Below are positions 30,289 through 39,297 of a stretch of 39,297 nucleotides of DNA, piece after piece. A program made the translations under genes and the position numbers. Every line of letters starts with the position of its first letter. Position 1 is the first letter of the stretch. The DNA is from Methanothermococcus sp. SCGC AD-155-E23 (lineage in GTDB: Archaea > AGJL01 > Methanococci > Methanococcales > Methanococcaceae), in the NCBI GenBank assembly GCA_019561615.1, contig JAHEQA010000046.1:1-39297 (forward strand), read 5' to 3'. The notes under the pieces were generated by a model. The model was not told the DNA's origin. It saw only the letters and a list, made by a program, of their open reading frames with translations, and did no database searches.

Positions 30289-31467
30289 ATGGAGGTTATC
30301 CAGAGTTTAGAGACCTATAGGGTATGTCATCCCAGGGAGACCTGGAGTAGAATAAGTCCTATTCTCGGTAAGATAGGAGTTAAAGGGATGGAGAGGATAG
30401 ATCACCTAGATAGGTTAGGTATTCCCGTATATGCTCTAGAGAGGGTAAGTGGGGAGGGTGTGATATATCACCTTGGAAAGGGACCTACAGATATACAGGC
30501 AAAGGTTTCTGGATCCATGGAGGCTATAGAGAGGTACTCTGCAGAGTTAAAGCCAGAGGATAAGGAGAGACTTAAAGACAAACCTGAGAATCCCTTGGAT
30601 ATAGGGGAGTTAATCCTACCCCTGGATATATACAGATCCCCTGGAGGGAGAGAGGGTATAAGGGGTATCAAGTGGGTTGAGGGATTTGACCTTATAAACG
30701 ATTGTGTTGTAGAGGTGCCTGCAGAGGGTGTGTTCCATCCCTACAGGGGAAGACTGTTTAGAAGTAATACAAATGGTATAGCCTCTGGCAACAACCTCTA
30801 CGAGGCTATTCTCCATGGAGCCCTTGAGGTGATAGAGAGGGATGCCTGGAGTATTGCAGAACTCTCTGGAAACACCTACAGGAGGATAGATGTAGAGGGG
30901 GCGAAGAATCCCCTTATACATGAACTTTTAGAGAGGTTTGAAAGTGCCAATGTAAATGTAATACTTAAGGACCTTACAAGTGATGTGGGTATTCCAACTG
31001 TGGGGGCTGTATGTGACGAGGAGGTGTGGAGGGATCCTGCCCTCCTATGTATAGGGGTGGGGTGTCATCTCCACCCTGAGATTGCAGTTATCAGGGCTCT
31101 AACTGAGGTGGCTCAAAGTAGAGCTACCCAACTTCATAACAGGAGAAAGGCTGCTGTAAGGGGGAGTATAGTAAGGAAGGTTGACTATGAGAGGATGAAG
31201 AGGATCCACAGGAGATGGTATGAGTACAGGGAGACTGTAAATATCGAGGATATGGAGAACTTTGCAAGTTACAATCTAAAGAGGGATCTTGAAAGGGTGA
31301 AGGAGAGGTTGCTAGAGGTAGGTTTTGACAAACTTATATACGTGGATCTGAAGAGAACAGAGGTGGACACTGTAAGAGTTATAATACCTAGGATGGAGGT
31401 CTACTCCATAGACAGGGACAGGATATCCCCCTGGATAAAGGAGAGGATTAGAAAGGTTATAGGATAG
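30289..31467 (+). CDS. ycaO: YcaO-family McrA-glycine thioamidation protein (methanogenesis marker 1)
   Basis: LDRLGIPV, GKG, SMEAIER, SNTNGIASGN, EVIERD, ALTEVAQSR. Confidence 0.88.
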   Translation: MEVIQSLETYRVCHPRETWSRISPILGKIGVKGMERIDHLDRLGIPVYALERVSGEGVIYHLGKGPTDIQAKVSGSMEAIERYSAELKPEDKERLKDKPENPLDIGELILPLDIYRSPGGREGIRGIKWVEGFDLINDCVVEVPAEGVFHPYRGRLFRSNTNGIASGNNLYEAILHGALEVIERDAWSIAELSGNTYRRIDVEGAKNPLIHELLERFESANVNVILKDLTSDVGIPTVGAVCDEEVWRDPALLCIGVGCHLHPEIAVIRALTEVAQSRATQLHNRRKAAVRGSIVRKVDYERMKRIHRRWYEYRETVNIEDMENFASYNLKRDLERVKERLLEVGFDKLIYVDLKRTEVDTVRVIIPRMEVYSIDRDRISPWIKERIRKVIG

Positions 31468-33196
31468 TCACCTTCCCGTTGTTCCACTCTATATAGACGT
31501 CACCCATCCTTGACATATCCACTATAGGTACCCTTCCAGGTGTTGGGTGAATACCCATCTTCTTCTGGAACTCGGTCTGCTCCTGGAAGGTTCCACTGTT
31601 TATCATCACAGTACCTTTGTAGATACCGTAACCGTTGATATGTATATGTCCAGCGTGGAATACATCAGGCTCCATGTGGATAACTAGGTAGTCTATATGT
31701 TCAGGGGCTATAGGACATCTACCTCCATATGTTGGACATAGATGTCTCCTCTTCAACAGCTCCCTCATTATAGATGGAGGATCTGTATATTTGGCAGAGG
31801 GTATCTGTCCCACGATATCGTCAAAACTTCTTCCATGGTATATTAGAAAGTCCAGACCATGTACATTTACATAGCTAGGGTTGCCTATAAAGGTGACGTT
31901 ATCCAGGGAGTCAAATACCTTTAACACCTTCTTCGGTAGTGCAGGCTGAGGTTCTGCAGGTCTTACAGCGTCGTGGTTTCCAGGGGATATGATTATATGT
32001 ATATGCTCAGGTATCTCCTCCAGGTAGGCTGCAACTTCGGCATACTGGGCCATAATATCTATCTCGTAGAGGTCCTCCTCCTGTCCTGGGTATACCCCTA
32101 CTCCATCTATAAGGTCACCTGCTATAGAGATGTACTTCAACCTACTGACGATCTTCTCCTCGATACCCCTACTGATTCTACCGTTTAGTAACTCTATAAA
32201 TCTCTTAAAGGTCTTCCCCAGGAACTCCCTACTTCCCACATGTATATCAGATAGGAAGGCGGTATATATCTTCTCCTCGATACTTCTAGGTGCCTTTGGA
32301 GTTATATCTGGCCTTATACAGCTATCTGCAAATAGTATATCCCCACTGTTTGAGACATAACCTATGAATCCAACAACTTCATCTAGTAGAATATCCTCAG
32401 GTAACTCCCCCCTTGCAATTTTATCCTTCATAAGTATTACTGTAATACTGGTTTTCTCATCCTCTATCTCCACCCTCTTATGTCCCTTCTTAGTAGTACT
32501 TACATCAGAGACCATCCCAACGACGAATACATCCCCCTTACCCTTCACCTTATGTAACTTCTCCAGGGGATAGGCCTTCCTCTTCACCTTCCTCTCTATC
32601 ATACTCTTTATCCTTCTGTACCTGTCCCTGAAGTACTTTATAAAGTCCTCTATAGTACCTTCACATGTGGATTTACCTGTAACATCCCACTCCTCGTACA
32701 CCTTTACCCTGGTCTCAATATCCCTGGCTATGTAATTTATCCTACGATTGATACTGTTCCTTATAGTCTTTATCTCAGATAGTCTCTTCTTTCTCTCCTC
32801 CTCCATCTCCTTTAATGTATCCTGGCTTTCCTCCACAACCTCCTGTGATGTATCCTCCACAGTCTCACAACTATCTTGGGAGGGTGTACTATCTATCACC
32901 TCCACAGTAGGGGAGGGTGTACTGTCCAGCACCTGGGTATCACCCTCAAGGAATCCATTCCCCACGTAGTACTTGAGAAAATTACAGTTCTGATAGGTCC
33001 TTATAATATCCTCCAGGTTGTGATTTAAAAAGATGTTTAAAAAGTAGTCGTCTAAAAGTATGAAGGTATCGTTTACACTTTTAAATTCTCTAACTTTCTC
33101 CAGTAGAACCTCCCTCTCCTCCTGAGACATACCGTTTATTCTCCTGTAGGACTCTGGAGTTAGGAGAACCTCAATATTTAAAAAATCCTCTAGCAT
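31457..33196 (-). CDS. DNA polymerase D small subunit DP1 (3'-5' exonuclease)
   Basis: SDIHVGS, AGDLIDG.G.YPGQ, PGNHD, YHG.S.DD and GHIH phosphoesterase motifs plus OB fold. Confidence 0.95.
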   Translation of the reverse strand: MLEDFLNIEVLLTPESYRRINGMSQEEREVLLEKVREFKSVNDTFILLDDYFLNIFLNHNLEDIIRTYQNCNFLKYYVGNGFLEGDTQVLDSTPSPTVEVIDSTPSQDSCETVEDTSQEVVEESQDTLKEMEEERKKRLSEIKTIRNSINRRINYIARDIETRVKVYEEWDVTGKSTCEGTIEDFIKYFRDRYRRIKSMIERKVKRKAYPLEKLHKVKGKGDVFVVGMVSDVSTTKKGHKRVEIEDEKTSITVILMKDKIARGELPEDILLDEVVGFIGYVSNSGDILFADSCIRPDITPKAPRSIEEKIYTAFLSDIHVGSREFLGKTFKRFIELLNGRISRGIEEKIVSRLKYISIAGDLIDGVGVYPGQEEDLYEIDIMAQYAEVAAYLEEIPEHIHIIISPGNHDAVRPAEPQPALPKKVLKVFDSLDNVTFIGNPSYVNVHGLDFLIYHGRSFDDIVGQIPSAKYTDPPSIMRELLKRRHLCPTYGGRCPIAPEHIDYLVIHMEPDVFHAGHIHINGYGIYKGTVMINSGTFQEQTEFQKKMGIHPTPGRVPIVDMSRMGDVYIEWNNGKVTIL

Positions 33197-33264
33197 AACA
33201 CTCCCTTTTTAACTGGTAAAAAAATAGGAGAGAAAATAATGACTCACTAATTATAAAAATTTTA

Positions 33265-34107
33265 TTAGTCCAACTCTATGTTGTAGAGCTTTTCAATGTT
33301 TTCCTTGTGGATCCTGTAGACACCTTCCTCGTTGATTATACCCATCTCCAAAAGCTTTCTCGTCCTTCTTGGAACTGTCTTTATCCCTAGAACTGCTCCA
33401 GGGCGTCTTAAGTCGTCTATGTAGTCAGTCTCCATTACAAACCTTAGAGATTTCTTCGCAGCCTCTACAACTGGTTTAGAGGCAAGAATAGAGGGAAAAA
33501 TCCCGTATTTCTCTCCCTCCAATACGTTATCTCCACAGTGATGTTTTATAACCTTTTCAGGGTTGAGATTTACAGATCTGGCCATATCCCTGAACTCCCT
33601 AAATTGCTCCTCAGATGCACTCTCCCCATGGATCTGGAGGGCACATCCAATATCCCTGGCCATCTCCATACAGTATAGAAGTATCTCGTTGGAAACCCTC
33701 CATATCTCCTCACTTACTTTAAAGTGAGGTCTCCCCACCTCCCCAATGCCCACTAAGAAGTCATACTCCTCTACAAGTTTTCCTGCATAGTTTAAGGCCT
33801 CTATCACCTTCTCCTTGATATACTCTAAACTCTTCCCCCTCTCTGCCATGGTGGTGATTTCACAGGGGTGTACCCCTACCAGTCCAAATACCTTTACTCC
33901 ATCTACATTCTTCCTTATCCTCTCTATATCCCTGATCAATGTGTCCATGGAAGTGGTTAGATCTCCAGTAAAAGAGGGTTTATTAAGTATTATAAGTGTT
34001 TTTCCTCCGGCGCTTCTAAATATCTTTGCCACCTTTTCGGGGCCGTAGCCCCTCTTACTATCTACATGGAGATGGTTATCCGTTATAGGTAGGTTCTTTA
34101 AATCCAT
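33265..34107 (-). CDS. TatD-related metal-dependent hydrolase
   Basis: DNHLH, GVHP, GIGEVGRPH, QIH, METD. Confidence 0.87.
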   Translation of the reverse strand: MDLKNLPITDNHLHVDSKRGYGPEKVAKIFRSAGGKTLIILNKPSFTGDLTTSMDTLIRDIERIRKNVDGVKVFGLVGVHPCEITTMAERGKSLEYIKEKVIEALNYAGKLVEEYDFLVGIGEVGRPHFKVSEEIWRVSNEILLYCMEMARDIGCALQIHGESASEEQFREFRDMARSVNLNPEKVIKHHCGDNVLEGEKYGIFPSILASKPVVEAAKKSLRFVMETDYIDDLRRPGAVLGIKTVPRRTRKLLEMGIINEEGVYRIHKENIEKLYNIELD

Positions 34108-34131
34108 ATACCTTCCCTAAAAAAAGTATTT

Positions 34132-34299
34132 TTATTCCCCTCCCATGAAACCACGTCCACATCTCCTACCTCCCCTATCAACCCTGTGGATGTAGTGGGC
34201 AGGGGCGCCACAGTGTGGGCAGGTTTCAGGTTTTGGGATGCCGTAGGGCACCTCAATTATCTTCTGGCAGTTGCTACATATGAATCTTTTCATCTCCAT
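34132..34299 (-). CDS. Small rubredoxin-like/zinc-ribbon protein with Gly/Arg-rich tail (55 aa, below ORF-track cutoff)
   Basis: Hand translation MEMKRFICSNCQKIIEVPYGIPKPETCPHCGAPAHYIHRVDRGGRRCGRGFMGGE*; two CxxC pairs; fills the gap between flanking genes. Start could also be 34293 or 34305. Confidence 0.85.
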   Translation of the reverse strand: MEMKRFICSNCQKIIEVPYGIPKPETCPHCGAPAHYIHRVDRGGRRCGRGFMGGE

Positions 34300-34308
34300 C
34301 CTCATCCC

Positions 34309-34587
34309 TTACTCCTTCTTCTTTTTAATATTTTTCAACTCCTCTTCTAACATCTTTAACTCCTCTTTTAAGTATCTTATCCTCTCCTCTAGGTACTTCT
34401 CCCTCTCCTCCTCAGGGATCTCTTCAAGGAATAGATCCCAGGCATGGATCAATCTCCCCATCTCATCTAGGTAGAATGCATGGGGGCCACATCCACATCT
34501 ACATGGTCCTACATATCTAAATCTACCAAATATTCTTGGAGCTAGGAAGTGTCTGCACATTCTTCCGAAAAACCTTCTTCCAAACAT
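34309..34587 (-). CDS. Small DUF5320-like protein (Arg/Gly/Phe-rich N terminus, CxCxxGPH motif, C-terminal coiled coil)
   Basis: GPCRCGCGPHAFY and EKYLEERIRYLKEELKMLEEEL; AGGTGA Shine-Dalgarno and its own BRE-TATA. Confidence 0.75.
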   Translation of the reverse strand: MFGRRFFGRMCRHFLAPRIFGRFRYVGPCRCGCGPHAFYLDEMGRLIHAWDLFLEEIPEEEREKYLEERIRYLKEELKMLEEELKNIKKKKE

Positions 34588-34615
34588 CCTATCACCTCTT
34601 ATCTTCTTCTAATAA

Positions 34616-34650
34616 TGCACATATGCGTAATAATATATAAACTTTTCGGT
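34616..34650 (-). promoter_or_regulatory. BRE-TATA plus symmetric 14-bp operator candidate
   Basis: Minus-strand ACCGAAAAGTTTATATA followed 4 nt later by TACGCATATGTGCA. Confidence 0.55.
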
Positions 34651-34652
34651 CT

Positions 34653-35888
34653 TTAGACTATAGCCCTCCTGTATATAATTAGTGTATCCTCTGAAAATCT
34701 CCCATAGGTGTCCTCTAGGCGTTCAAAGTACTCCCCCTCTATATACTCCTTTAACTCCCTTCCCAGGGGACCTACCAGTACATAGGTGAAGTGTTCCCTG
34801 TATCTATTTAACACCTCTGCCAATTTTCTACTATCTATCTCTTCACAGGTACATCCAAGGTCTCCACCTATTATCACAACCCCCCTCTTGAAGACACTTT
34901 TAAAGTCCCTTAGTGCATACTCTATGGATTTCACGTCAAGTCCAGGGTTTATGTTTTCTACGACAGTGGGGTTGTGGGACAATACCCTCATTCTACCCTC
35001 TATTTTGAAGGAGTAGATTCTCTCGAGGATATCCTCTATATCTAGGAAGTTCCTGGAGATCTCAATGGCGAAGAGGGAGTTCTCAATGTAGTGGGTTCCA
35101 AATATCTCTTTGTTAAACCTTACAACATAGTCCCTGTACCTGTAACTCAGGGGGTACTTGGAGAGTACCTCCACATCTTCATCCCCTATTTCAACAATAT
35201 TATCTCCTACCTTACCTCCACACTCCTTCACAACCTTCTTATTTACGTATACCCTCTCCCCTAAATCTAAAGTGGACATCTTTGCAAGGAGGGCATTCCT
35301 CAGACCCCCTGCTATAGGGTAGTTCTCCAGGACATTTGTAAGGGCTCCGTATTTACAGGATGTTATACCTAGAGATACCTCGAATACAAAGAGGTCGTAG
35401 TTATCCAGGGTATTATCCTCCCATAACCTATCAATACTTTTTAGCACTGACACCGGTGTTATAGAGCCTCTATTACTGTTGTTTATAAAGACATTATATT
35501 CCCCGCCTAGTATGTGGTAGAGGAGCTCAGTTGTTGTGGTTTTCCCCTTCACCCCAGTAACCTCGATAAACTTCCTGTGTATGTTGCCGTACTTCTCCCT
35601 CAGGATCTCTGAGATGGCATGGTGGAAGGAGGTAAATCTACAGTTGAGGGGGCAGTGTATAGGAGCTATTATCTCCTGGTACTTGGAGGTATCTGGTCTC
35701 TCTTTACTTGGGATTATTTTTAAATATTTAATTATATCACTATATTGATTTAAAATATTTTTATCCCTCTCTAACTTTCCATAGATATCCCAGATGTGAA
35801 TGTCCCTGTATCCCAGGTTGTAGTACTCCCTTGCAACATCCAGGGCACCATGGTTTACATCGACAATAAGTATCAAAATTACCACCAA
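34653..35888 (-). CDS. cfbE: Coenzyme F430 synthase (Mur ligase-like)
   Basis: VDVNHGA, APIHCP, EVTGVKGKTT, FEVSLG, ENINPG, TCEE. Confidence 0.85.
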   Translation of the reverse strand: MVVILILIVDVNHGALDVAREYYNLGYRDIHIWDIYGKLERDKNILNQYSDIIKYLKIIPSKERPDTSKYQEIIAPIHCPLNCRFTSFHHAISEILREKYGNIHRKFIEVTGVKGKTTTTELLYHILGGEYNVFINNSNRGSITPVSVLKSIDRLWEDNTLDNYDLFVFEVSLGITSCKYGALTNVLENYPIAGGLRNALLAKMSTLDLGERVYVNKKVVKECGGKVGDNIVEIGDEDVEVLSKYPLSYRYRDYVVRFNKEIFGTHYIENSLFAIEISRNFLDIEDILERIYSFKIEGRMRVLSHNPTVVENINPGLDVKSIEYALRDFKSVFKRGVVIIGGDLGCTCEEIDSRKLAEVLNRYREHFTYVLVGPLGRELKEYIEGEYFERLEDTYGRFSEDTLIIYRRAIV

Positions 35889-35891
35889 AAA

Positions 35892-36947
35892 TTAGAAGTA
35901 CTTATCCACCTCCCCAATACATCTCACTACCAATTCAACGGCATTCTCAAGATCAGAGAGGTCTATAACCTCCACTGGGGTGTGGATATACCTGGCAGGT
36001 ACAGAGATCACCCCTGTAGGTATACCCTCCCTTGTAAGGTGTATTGCAGTTCCATCTGTTGTACCTCCCTCACCAACCTCGTACTGTACTGGGATGTTAT
36101 ATCTTTTAGAGACATCCTCTATCATCCTCAGTACATCCCTGTGGGCGATAAGCCCCCTACCTTCACCATCTACTATACATACAACAGGACCCTTTCCCAA
36201 CTCTATAGGAGCCTCTTCTATCTTGATCCCTGGGTGATCTCCACAGATTGTCACATCCAATGCAATGGCCACATCTGGATTTATCCTGAAGGCAGAGGTT
36301 CTAGCACCCTTCAACCCCACCTCCTCCTGCACTGTACCTACAAAGTACACCTGACAATTTAGATCCTCTTTCTTCAACCTTCTGGCAACCTCCAAGAGGA
36401 TGGTACAACCTACCCTGTCGTCAAAGGCCTTACATGTTACCCTGTTGTTTCCAAGGATGTCAAACTCTGATTTAAAGGTGGCCCAGGCTCCAACATCTAC
36501 ACCCATCTTCTTGGCATCCTCCCTGTCCCTGGCCCCAATATCTATAAACATATCTTCATATTTTATCATCTTGTTTCTCTCCTCCTCCTTCATCTTATGA
36601 GGTGGCTTTGAACCTAGGACTCCAACAATTCTTTTACCATCTTTTGTATGGATTACAACCTTCTGATTTAGAAGCATCTGGTCGTTGATGCCCCCTACTT
36701 TTATAAATCTTAGAAACCCCTTCTCATCGATGTACTTTACCATTAAACCGATCTCATCCATATGGGCAGCTAGCATAAGTTTAGGACCTCTATCCCCCAT
36801 CCTAGCTATAAGGTTTCCAAACCTGTCTGTAAATACCTCCTCACAGTACTTTTTAAGCTCCCTCTCCATTATACTCCTTACACTGTCCTCCCTACCGGAG
36901 ATACCATCTGCCAGGGATAACTCCTTAAGGTACTCCAACACACCCAT
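35892..36947 (-). CDS. M42 family metallo-aminopeptidase (TET/FrvX-like)
   Basis: [34 protein letters not shown]. Confidence 0.93.
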   Translation of the reverse strand: MGVLEYLKELSLADGISGREDSVRSIMERELKKYCEEVFTDRFGNLIARMGDRGPKLMLAAHMDEIGLMVKYIDEKGFLRFIKVGGINDQMLLNQKVVIHTKDGKRIVGVLGSKPPHKMKEEERNKMIKYEDMFIDIGARDREDAKKMGVDVGAWATFKSEFDILGNNRVTCKAFDDRVGCTILLEVARRLKKEDLNCQVYFVGTVQEEVGLKGARTSAFRINPDVAIALDVTICGDHPGIKIEEAPIELGKGPVVCIVDGEGRGLIAHRDVLRMIEDVSKRYNIPVQYEVGEGGTTDGTAIHLTREGIPTGVISVPARYIHTPVEVIDLSDLENAVELVVRCIGEVDKYF

Positions 36948-36956
36948 TCTATCACC

Positions 36957-37361
36957 CTATAGATAACCCTGAAGTTCAAAGTACTTCTTCTGTTTAACAA
37001 CTACTACAGGGATGCCCATCTCAAGGAGTCTTCCCTTTAACTCCTTGTCATTTGTACATACTACAACCTTCTTCCCTCTCTCCCTACATTTCAGGGCGTA
37101 ATTTACTATTATCTCGTCGGTGTATTTCCCAGGGACATCTTCATCTTCCTCCTCATACCTCCTGATAAGAGAGAGGAGGAGAGATACAGAGTACCTCTCC
37201 TTACCCTTTAATCTACTTCTAAGTTTCTCCAACTCCTCCCTTACACACCTTAGTATTACAACCTTATAACAGTTAAATAACCTGTCCAACTCGTAGTCTA
37301 TATTGATACTATGTTTTACTCCGTATATTAGGAAGTTGGTGTCAGGTACCACCAGGATCAT
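36957..37361 (-). CDS. PIN-domain ribonuclease (Fcf1/Utp24-like)
   Basis: VPDTNFL, V.EEL, TD..I, CTNDKEL, GIPV. Confidence 0.88.
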   Translation of the reverse strand: MILVVPDTNFLIYGVKHSINIDYELDRLFNCYKVVILRCVREELEKLRSRLKGKERYSVSLLLSLIRRYEEEDEDVPGKYTDEIIVNYALKCRERGKKVVVCTNDKELKGRLLEMGIPVVVVKQKKYFELQGYL

Positions 37362-39297
37362 GTTATCGCCGGAAGTGCCTTGGAGATACCTCCCCTCTTG
37401 GTGACGTAGATGACGTTATCTGCTATCTGCTCCAACTCCTGGTGATGGGATATTATAAATATCTGGGATATGCTCCTTATGCTTTTAAATATATTTAACA
37501 GTTTCTTACGTCTCTCCTCGTCTAGGAAGGCTGTTGGTTCATCCAATACGATAAATTGTAGGCTGCCACATAGTGCCTTTGCAATACCTAAACGTAGTGC
37601 CAGAGAGACTGCGATCTGCTCCCCTCCACTTAAATTCTTTACAGGCAACCCATCTACGAGGATGTTGTAATCCTCATCTATCTCTATGTGGTGATAGGGC
37701 AATTCAAACTCACTGAAAATCTCATTTGTATACTTCTGGATAAGGGGTATGTACCTCTTCCTAAGGTACTGTTGAAATCCATCCTTTGAGAATACCTGGT
37801 CTCTGATATCCTCCAGATATTTTATATACCTCTCTAACTTCTCCTTTTCCCTCTCTATCTCCTCCAACTCCCTTAACTCTTTAAGGAGTTTGTTTAAATT
37901 TTCCCTATCTGAATCCAGGTGTCCCTTCCACTTCCCTATCTCATTCCTTTTAATTTCCAAGTTGTGACGGATCTCTTCAACCTCCTCCTCAATCCTTCTA
38001 TGCTCCTCCTCACTGTATCCTAGAAACTCTATATCCTGTATACACTCTTCCCTCCTACTTCTCAAAGTTGCCAACTTCTCCTCAATCTCCTCTATCATCT
38101 TTTCCAAGGTGTCTATTAGCTTGGAGGGGTCCACCTTGTATACCTTAGCGTAATTCCTCAACACTGCAGAGGCATTTATATATCTGTTGTAGTCCTCCCT
38201 GTATCTCTCAATCTCCTTCTCTAGAAGTGCCTTCTCTTTCTCCAGATCCTGATATAGCTTGGCGTACTTTTTTATGTCCTCCATCTCCCTTAGTATGTCA
38301 CTTAATTTCTCCTCCTTCTCCCTCCTATCCACTATTAACTTTTTAATCTCATACCATCTCTTTAACCTGTTACTAAACTCCTCCTTCTCTTTATTCACCC
38401 TCTCCCTGTTGTAATCCCCTACAACCCTTAGAAGTTCCTCCCTTTTCCTCATTAACTCCTCCCTATCTACCTCTTTCAGGAAATCCTCACAGGTTTGATA
38501 CCTCCTGTATACCCTTTCTAGACTCTTTTTCCTCTCTACTAGTCTCTCCCTCTCCTCCTCCACACCTCTGTATCTCTCTATCTCACCCTCTAAAATCTGG
38601 AGTTCTTTAACATACCCCTCTAACTCTACGTATTTATCCTGGAGGATTTTCTCCCGCTCCTTCAACCTGGCAAGTTCATTCTTTAAGTCACCTATCTCCT
38701 GTAGTAACCTCTCCAACCTCTCCATCTCTTCCCTATATCTAGTCCTCTCTTTGTAAAGTGTTTTCAACTCCTCCTCTATCCTCTGGAGTTCCTCCCTGTA
38801 TTTCCTCAGGAGGTCATCCTTCTTAGAGTCGTCTATAGGGGACTGACAGAGGGGACACTTATTACCTGCTCTGCTAAGTTTCTCTACAACCTCCTCTAAC
38901 TCCTTTGCCTTACTCTCCCTCTCTCTTATCTTACCCTCCACTACCTGGAGTTCCTCCCTGCACCTGGCTAACCTATCCTTTAACTCCTCCTCTTTTTTTA
39001 TCCTTTCCTCAATCTCCTTTAAGGGTGCCAGCTCCCTCTCCAACTTTGAGATCTCCCTTCTCAACCTCTCTATCCTACTTTTTATCTCCTCCCTCTTCTC
39101 CTTCAACCTCTCAAGGTGCACCACCTTATCCTCTAGATCCCTTAATCTACTCTCAACCTCTATATACTCCAGGTACCCCTCTTTACACCTCTCCAGCTCC
39201 TCCCTGTATCTCTCTATCTCCTTCAACTTACTGTTTACATGCTCCAGTTCCAGGAGTTTTTTCTCTATATCGTCCAGCTGCCTCAATTTCTCCTCTG
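37358..39297 (-). CDS. rad50: DNA double-strand break repair ATPase Rad50, C-terminal part (5' end beyond window)
   Basis: Long coiled coil, CPLC zinc hook, LSGGEQ signature, LDEPT Walker B, ISHH; frame open to the window edge. Confidence 0.93.
   Translation of the reverse strand, partial: EEKLRQLDDIEKKLLELEHVNSKLKEIERYREELERCKEGYLEYIEVESRLRDLEDKVVHLERLKEKREEIKSRIERLRREISKLERELAPLKEIEERIKKEEELKDRLARCREELQVVEGKIRERESKAKELEEVVEKLSRAGNKCPLCQSPIDDSKKDDLLRKYREELQRIEEELKTLYKERTRYREEMERLERLLQEIGDLKNELARLKEREKILQDKYVELEGYVKELQILEGEIERYRGVEEERERLVERKKSLERVYRRYQTCEDFLKEVDREELMRKREELLRVVGDYNRERVNKEKEEFSNRLKRWYEIKKLIVDRREKEEKLSDILREMEDIKKYAKLYQDLEKEKALLEKEIERYREDYNRYINASAVLRNYAKVYKVDPSKLIDTLEKMIEEIEEKLATLRSRREECIQDIEFLGYSEEEHRRIEEEVEEIRHNLEIKRNEIGKWKGHLDSDRENLNKLLKELRELEEIEREKEKLERYIKYLEDIRDQVFSKDGFQQYLRKRYIPLIQKYTNEIFSEFELPYHHIEIDEDYNILVDGLPVKNLSGGEQIAVSLALRLGIAKALCGSLQFIVLDEPTAFLDEERRKKLLNIFKSIRSISQIFIISHHQELEQIADNVIYVTKRGGISKALPAIT

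Noticed and set aside
30289-34587. RiPP cluster of YcaO with the small Cys-rich ORFs as precursors
   Set aside because: The YcaO fits the McrA-modifying type and is separated from the small ORFs by DP1 and TatD on the opposite strand; no transporter or dehydrogenase is linked.
37800-39297. Pyrimidine-rich quasi-repetitive sequence
   Set aside because: It is the reverse complement of Glu/Arg/Lys codons of the Rad50 coiled coil, not a repeat element.

Overview
Gene-dense chromosomal segment of a (hyper)thermophilic Methanococcales methanogen (Methanothermococcus/Methanofervidicoccus-like, inferred from hmd, hcgBC, cfbE, porCDABEF, selB, ptr2, fprA and the BRE-TATA promoters). It holds about 39 protein genes, mostly housekeeping and metallocofactor functions, plus tRNA-Ser(TGA) and tRNA-Cys(GCA). 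I found no mobile element, CRISPR array or intein, and no clearly novel multi-gene system. Points not explained by the ORF track: (1) a box C/D sRNA whose C box contains the stop codon of a YkgJ-type gene and whose D guide fits the wobble C34 of a CAU-anticodon (pre-)tRNA; (2) bases 1-123 are an exact inverted copy of 1385-1507, fusing a K+ channel in frame to a GMC-oxidoreductase fragment, with three single-base frameshifts nearby (probably a contig-end artefact); (3) an unannotated 55-aa zinc-ribbon gene paired with a DUF5320-like gene behind a symmetric operator; (4) candidate operators at feoB, por, tupA and fprA (the last Ptr2-like). Family assignments come from motif recognition and recall, not from database searches.
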